32,000 nt of DNA from Nonlabens ponticola (GTDB lineage: Bacteria; Bacteroidota; Bacteroidia; Flavobacteriales; Flavobacteriaceae): contig NZ_CP034549.1 of the NCBI RefSeq assembly GCF_003966335.1, positions 1,410,001 to 1,442,000 of the forward strand, given 5' to 3'. The notes below the pieces were generated by a model that did no database searches, had not been told where the DNA came from, and was given only the letters and a program-made list of their open reading frames with translations. Shown here piece after piece: positions 27,310-32,000 of the stretch. Numbering within the stretch: the stretch's first letter is position 1; the number at the start of each line of letters is the position of its first letter. Position numbers and translations under genes: made by a program.

Positions 27310-28701
27310 ATGTCCTCAAAGAACCACATACACTTTGAAATTTCTGAACGTAAAGTTCTCTTGCGTATCATTGATATTGCGGTAGTAATAGGTACATTAT
27401 ACCTAGTAGGAAGTGTTTTTGATCTATCATACTTTAAGATAAATGATCAACGATGGCTGTGGTCAATTGTGTTGGCAGTTTATCTATTTTTCTTTGCCAA
27501 CGTATTTGAGCTGTATGACTTGCAAAAGGCAAGCAGAATAATGATAAGCTTGCGCAGTGTTATTTATACGGCGAGCATGACGGCGCTTATTTATCTATTA
27601 ACGCCATTTTTGACGCCAGAATTACCAGAGAATCGATTACAAATACTTTATTTTTTTCTAGCTATTCTTGTCTCCTTGCTTGCCTGGCGAGCGGTTTATA
27701 TTAAATTTTTCGCTAGCTCTAGATTTAACAAACGCATCGTTATAGTTGCCGATGCAGCTGATGCTCTTTCAGTAGTAGCTAACCTTGAAGAAGCAGATCC
27801 CAACGTTGAGATAGAAGGATATATAAACACCGATCAGACTAAGTTTGTAGTTGATCAAGATGGATTAACCCTTCTTACACGGTCAGATGCACAGAAAATG
27901 ATTTCTAATAATCAGGTTTCAGAATTAATTATTGCTAGTGAAAACGTTGATGGCATAACACCAGAATTATACGCCTGGCTCATGGATTTGTTGGAAAGAG
28001 GTTTTTCTGTACGCGAGTACACACAGGTGTATGAAGAAATGACAGAGCGTGTTCCCGTAAGTTATGTGGGCCGCGATTTCTACCGATATTTCCCTTTTGC
28101 ACGCAGTAATCATAATCAGCTATACAGGGTTTATCACCGTGCGTTTGATATTGTGGTAGCGATTTTGGGATTGGCTATAGGATTGGTGTTATTTCCCTTG
28201 ATCCTGTTAGGAAATCTTATAGGAAATCGTGGCAGTTTGCTTTACACTCAAGAACGTGTAGGTCGTAACCGAAAGCTGTTCCAAATCATTAAGTACCGCA
28301 CTATGGTAAAAGATGCTGAATCTGACGGTGCACAGTTTACCAAAAAACGTGATGTTAGAATAACTCCTTTTGGTAAATTCCTTAGGAAAACCAGATTGGA
28401 CGAATTCCCGCAATTTTGGAATATCTTGATGGGTGACATGAGCGTTATAGGACCGCGGCCAGAACGACCTATATTTGTTGAGGTACTTACTAAGAAGATA
28501 CCATTCTACGAGACTAGGCATATCGTAAAACCTGGGCTTACTGGCTGGGCACAAGTCAAAGCAGATTATGGAGAGTCAGATGAGCAACATCTCAAAAAGC
28601 TGCAATATGATTTGTACTACATAAAGAAACGTAGCATTTTTCTTGACATCAGAATATTGGTAAAAACACTGAGCACCGTCGTGTTTTTTAAAGGGCAGTA
28701 G
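27310..28701 (+). CDS. Polyprenyl-phosphate hexose-1-phosphate transferase (WbaP/EpsB-type bacterial sugar transferase)
   Basis: The track ORF starts at TTG 27292; I prefer ATG 27310. It has N-terminal TM helices and the C-terminal signature DEFPQFWNILMGDMSVIGPRPERP...KPGLTGWAQV. Confidence 0.9.
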   Translation: MSSKNHIHFEISERKVLLRIIDIAVVIGTLYLVGSVFDLSYFKINDQRWLWSIVLAVYLFFFANVFELYDLQKASRIMISLRSVIYTASMTALIYLLTPFLTPELPENRLQILYFFLAILVSLLAWRAVYIKFFASSRFNKRIVIVADAADALSVVANLEEADPNVEIEGYINTDQTKFVVDQDGLTLLTRSDAQKMISNNQVSELIIASENVDGITPELYAWLMDLLERGFSVREYTQVYEEMTERVPVSYVGRDFYRYFPFARSNHNQLYRVYHRAFDIVVAILGLAIGLVLFPLILLGNLIGNRGSLLYTQERVGRNRKLFQIIKYRTMVKDAESDGAQFTKKRDVRITPFGKFLRKTRLDEFPQFWNILMGDMSVIGPRPERPIFVEVLTKKIPFYETRHIVKPGLTGWAQVKADYGESDEQHLKKLQYDLYYIKKRSIFLDIRILVKTLSTVVFFKGQ

Positions 28702-28705
28702 ATAT

Positions 28706-30352
28706 TTATTTACGCTTCATCTTACCACGCTTAAATATTGCAAACAGTAAAGTGAATAGACCTAGTACGCTGGCAAGTCTAGCAATGTAATCGCCATGCG
28801 TATTGTAAAAAGTTATTTTGTCATACAGGTCGATAGTTCCTTTGATGGATCCTCGTTTTTCATAACCTAGCGATTGTTGAATAGTTCCCATAGGATCTAT
28901 AATCGCACTAATACCAGTGTTGGCACTGCGTGCTATACTTCTTCTGGTTTCAACAGCTCGCAATCGCGCCAGGCTTAAATGCTGTTGATGACCTTGAGTG
29001 TTGTCCCACCACGCATCATTAGTAATAATAGCAAGAAATTGCGCGCCATTGTTGACATAATCTCCCACATAATCACCATAAACCGATTCATAGCATATGA
29101 TTGGTGCAACGGCGATGCTATCATTAGATTTGAAAACGCTGCGTTCTTCTTGAGTAGTTTTGGTAGCTACTGTGCCACCTAGATCAATCATTGCATCGCC
29201 CAGAATAGGTTGCAAGATTCCTTTATACGGGAAATTCTCGACGCCTACCACAAGCTTTGATTTGTGATATAGTTCTGTCGCTCGATTTCCAGATAAGAAA
29301 AAGGCACTATTATAATCATCATAATAAAACCTGCCAGCGGCATAGTAATTAGTCTGTCGCTTGACGCGATTTTCTTCTCTAAATCGATCGATTAAAGAAA
29401 CACCACCTAAAAATGAGGCGTCATCATATTGAGCTGTTAGATTTTTCAATTGATTCAAGCTGCGGTCATAAGGGACTCGTGATAGCTCGATGGATCTGGA
29501 AAGAACGGTTTCAGGCGCGATTATAAAATCAGGATTGTAGCTGGCTGGATCTGGTAGTAAATCCGATAATCTTGAGACAAACTCTGTATTCTCTAGATCG
29601 TATTTCTCGTCATAGGGATCAACATTGGGCTGCAAGATCACGACATCAACCTGTCCAATTGATTTTAGTTCTTGTTGTGCAATTAATAATGAGACTAGTA
29701 GCGGGCTTGCAATCAAGAATAGAGGTAATGCGATAGCTTTTAACATTCTAGAGAGGCTTGCTGGGTTTTTGCTTTGGCGAAAGCGTAATACCGACAAAAA
29801 CACCACCACGTTTACCAGCCATATCCACAAGCTACCACCAAAGGTGCCCGTGTATTCATACCACTGAATCCATGAAGTATGCTCACTGAAACCATTACCC
29901 AAGTTAAGCCATGGCCAGGAAAATTCCCAATGCAGGTGCATCCATTCAAAAGCGATCCATAAACAAACCAGAAAGGTGAGTGATGCGCCAGTAGTGGAAC
30001 GGCGCGCAAATAAATGATAAACCCAAAACACCAATGCCATGAGTAACGAGTTGACCAGCACTGCAAAGAACATCCCAAAGGCCGTTGAATTATATAACCA
30101 GCCTGTTGTCGCGTAATTCCACAACACAAAGGTGAGATAGGCGAGTCCCAAAACTTTCCAGCCTCGCGCTTTTTTTGACTCAACTCTTATAGATCGCTCT
30201 ACCAGCAGCAACGGCACAAAGGCTACAAATAATAAAGCAGGAAAACCATAGGTAGGCCACCCCAACCAGAGCAATAGTGCGCTGATCAACGATAAACCTA
30301 AAAGTTGTGCGGTGGACAAAAGGATTGATTTTTTAAGACTGCAAAATAACAA
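28706..30352 (-). CDS. lnt: Apolipoprotein N-acyltransferase
   Basis: 548 aa with an N-terminal multi-TM region plus a C-terminal CN-hydrolase domain (PETV..., KSKLVVGVE, APIICYESVYGDY with catalytic Cys). TTG start. Confidence 0.85.
   Translation of the reverse strand: MLFCSLKKSILLSTAQLLGLSLISALLLWLGWPTYGFPALLFVAFVPLLLVERSIRVESKKARGWKVLGLAYLTFVLWNYATTGWLYNSTAFGMFFAVLVNSLLMALVFWVYHLFARRSTTGASLTFLVCLWIAFEWMHLHWEFSWPWLNLGNGFSEHTSWIQWYEYTGTFGGSLWIWLVNVVVFLSVLRFRQSKNPASLSRMLKAIALPLFLIASPLLVSLLIAQQELKSIGQVDVVILQPNVDPYDEKYDLENTEFVSRLSDLLPDPASYNPDFIIAPETVLSRSIELSRVPYDRSLNQLKNLTAQYDDASFLGGVSLIDRFREENRVKRQTNYYAAGRFYYDDYNSAFFLSGNRATELYHKSKLVVGVENFPYKGILQPILGDAMIDLGGTVATKTTQEERSVFKSNDSIAVAPIICYESVYGDYVGDYVNNGAQFLAIITNDAWWDNTQGHQQHLSLARLRAVETRRSIARSANTGISAIIDPMGTIQQSLGYEKRGSIKGTIDLYDKITFYNTHGDYIARLASVLGLFTLLFAIFKRGKMKRK
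29771..29784. repeat. Iterated palindrome copy 9, one mismatch (GCTTTGGCGAAAGC)
   Basis: gttttt[core]gtaata. It lies in minus-strand lnt and is read as RFRQS, with C>G at 29776. Confidence 0.8.
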
Positions 30353-30372
30353 TCAATAGTGTCATATCGCGA

Positions 30373-31440
30373 TTATCTAAAGACAGATAAATCAATATTG
30401 AGCGAGAAAACGTTGCTGTACAGCGCGGCACTTTGATCGCCTATATCAGTTAATGCATAATCTACTGATATGCCCTTGTACTTAAATCCTATCCCGATAT
30501 TAGGCTGGAAAGTCACGTCATCATTGCCATCGAGTTGCTGTACATTCTGGAAATTACCGACTCCGGCACGCACAAATACCAAATCTGTATAACCGTATTG
30601 CAATCCTAGGGCTGGCGTGGCGCTTATGGAACCGCTGGAGAATATGTCGTTAGTCTGTATAAATCGCATGTTTAAATCGACCTCGGCGAGAAGCACATGA
30701 TCATAGTGAAATACAAACTCGCGAGCAATGCCTAGTTGTAGTTTTGGTAAGGTGATTTCAGTCGTTTCTGGAAGTTCTTGATTTTGGTTTTCTACGGCAT
30801 CGCTTACCGTCGCAAACTCGTCCTCATCGATGGACCACGTATTATAGGTGGTTGTAATATCTCTTACCATCGCGCCAAATTTCCATTTACCACGCTCCAA
30901 TTGAACACCTAGATCAATACCAAAGCCAATTGAACTCGCAAAATCACCTATCACGCGACGTATGATCTTGACGTTACCACCATATGAAAAACCGTCCAGT
31001 TTTGATTCACGAGCATAGGATGCAGTGACAGCCCAATCTGCGGTAGAAAAGGTAGAAATACGATCATAATTAATGTTTCCTTGATCGTCGATAAGTTGTG
31101 TCGTATTCAAAATATCATCGACTGAAAATCTTATTACGGAAAATCCTATGGCACTTTGATCATCAATAGGCATAGCGTATGCACCGTAGTTGTATTGTGC
31201 GATGTTGGCAAAATAGCTTGAGTGCATCAGCGAGATTTCCTTTTCTTCCAGCTGCATGAGTCCTGCTGGATTCCAGTAACCTGCGTTGACATTGCTGGTG
31301 CTGGCAACCACGGCGTTGCTCATTCCCAATGCTGCTGCATCGACACCTATGTTCAAAAATTCATTGGAATAGGCTCTTGAGGTTTGCGCTTTCGCGAAAG
31401 CGGAACAAACTAAAATTAAAATAACACTATAGTATCTCAA
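30373..31440 (-). CDS. Outer-membrane beta-barrel protein, PorV/PorQ-like (T9SS-associated family)
   Basis: Signal peptide MRYYSVILILVCSAFAKA|Q. N-terminal block NEFLNIGVDAAALGMSNAVVAS...AGYWNPAGL, alternating beta-strand pattern, C-terminal aromatic residue. TTG start, 20 nt upstream of lnt. Confidence 0.55.
   Translation of the reverse strand: MRYYSVILILVCSAFAKAQTSRAYSNEFLNIGVDAAALGMSNAVVASTSNVNAGYWNPAGLMQLEEKEISLMHSSYFANIAQYNYGAYAMPIDDQSAIGFSVIRFSVDDILNTTQLIDDQGNINYDRISTFSTADWAVTASYARESKLDGFSYGGNVKIIRRVIGDFASSIGFGIDLGVQLERGKWKFGAMVRDITTTYNTWSIDEDEFATVSDAVENQNQELPETTEITLPKLQLGIAREFVFHYDHVLLAEVDLNMRFIQTNDIFSSGSISATPALGLQYGYTDLVFVRAGVGNFQNVQQLDGNDDVTFQPNIGIGFKYKGISVDYALTDIGDQSAALYSNVFSLNIDLSVFR
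31388..31401. repeat. Iterated palindrome copy 10, exact
   Basis: gtttgc[core]ggaaca. It lies in the signal peptide of the minus-strand PorV/PorQ-like gene and is read as AFAKA. Confidence 0.98.
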
Positions 31441-31557
31441 GTAAAGGCTCGTTGTGATGGCAAATATCTAGGTTTATCAATTAATAACTATGTTTTATAC
31501 GGGATATTGCCTCTGGCAGTTGCGTTTAAAGGATGATATTTATGCATATTTGTAGAA

Positions 31558-32000
31558 GTGAAGAAATACGTCCCAAATCTTATAACGCTAGGTAATTTAT
31601 TCTGTGGTTGTATTGCTGCCATGTTTGCCTTTGCTGATGATATAGTTTGGGCAGGTGTTTTTGTAGCAGGTGGTATTTTTCTTGACTTTTTTGATGGTCT
31701 CGCTGCTAGATTATTAAACGTTTCTAGTGAGCTAGGTGGCCAGCTGGATTCACTGGCAGATATGGTGACAAGCGGTCTTGTTCCTGGGATCGTGATGTTT
31801 CAGATGTTATCAGATTCACTAGGAGTCGCATTTTTGGATGATATGGCATTTACAGCAGCTGCAGACCAAGCGATGTTCCTACTTCCTATAAAAAATTACA
31901 TACCATTCATAGGCTTTTTAATTACGGCAGCTAGCTGTTACAGACTAGCAAAATTTAATATCGACACCAGACAAACCGATAGTTTTATAGGCTTGCCCAC
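31558..32000 (+). CDS. pssA: CDP-alcohol phosphatidyltransferase, probably phosphatidylserine synthase (5' partial, runs off window)
   Basis: My own translation from GTG 31558: VKKYVPNLITLGNLFCGC...DFFDGLAARLLNVSSELGGQLDSLAD, matching the DGx2ARx8Gx3Dx3D signature. It is not in the ORF track because it is open at the window end. Confidence 0.8.
   Translation, partial: MKKYVPNLITLGNLFCGCIAAMFAFADDIVWAGVFVAGGIFLDFFDGLAARLLNVSSELGGQLDSLADMVTSGLVPGIVMFQMLSDSLGVAFLDDMAFTAAADQAMFLLPIKNYIPFIGFLITAASCYRLAKFNIDTRQTDSFIGLP

Noticed and set aside
28699-28708. Convergent stop codons of the sugar transferase and lnt, only 4 nt apart, as a possible special regulatory arrangement.
   Set aside because: Tight convergent junctions are common in compact bacterial genomes, and nothing else in the sequence marks this one as special.
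484-30183. Many 60-125-aa ORFs in the track nested inside or antisense to the large CDSs. Examples are 484..687, 717..929, 1331..1537, 2908..3222, 7583..7792, 19556..19885, 21213..21452, 22510..22737, 23051..23272, 26784..27086, 28207..28554 and 29812..30183.
   Set aside because: They are shadow ORFs within genes that carry strong family motifs in another frame or on the other strand, and none has a motif of its own.
171-31401. The repeated palindrome as a CRISPR array or as Rho-independent terminators.
   Set aside because: Spacing is kilobase-scale and irregular, the repeats are only 14 bp, and no cas genes are present, so this is not CRISPR. Eight copies sit inside supported CDSs (the other two in non-coding or doubtful-ORF sequence), the palindrome leaves no loop, and no T-tract follows, so these are not terminators.

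Overview
This window looks like a Bacteroidota (Flavobacteriia-type) chromosome segment. Most of it is a ~28-kb cell-surface polysaccharide (O-antigen/capsule/EPS) locus. The locus contains wza/wzc-like export and co-polymerase genes and a wzm/wzt ABC exporter whose ATPase carries a C-terminal glycan-binding-type extension. It also contains a small eukaryotic-like kinase, about 17 glycosyltransferase-type genes (mostly co-directional, with 1-8 nt overlaps), an O-antigen ligase/polymerase-family membrane protein and a WbaP-type initiating phosphoglycosyl transferase. Two minus-strand genes interrupt it: an orphan MacB/LolD-type ABC ATPase and a SAM methyltransferase. Envelope housekeeping genes follow: lnt, a PorV/PorQ-like outer-membrane barrel and the 5' part of pssA. 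I found no rRNA, tRNA, CRISPR array, transposase or integrase. The most unusual signal is not a gene. A perfect 14-bp palindrome, GCTTTCGCGAAAGC, occurs 8 times exactly and twice with one mismatch, roughly every 1.6-5.9 kb. It lies inside genes on both strands, in all three reading frames (read as AFAKA, RFRES or LSRKR), and in spacers. That is many orders of magnitude above chance and indicates selection or spread at the DNA level, like a HIP1-type iterated palindrome. Secondary points of interest are a possible WbdD-like chain-terminating kinase next to the Wzt with the binding domain, mixed Wza/Wzc and ABC export machinery with no Wzx flippase, and a low-GC glycosyltransferase block.
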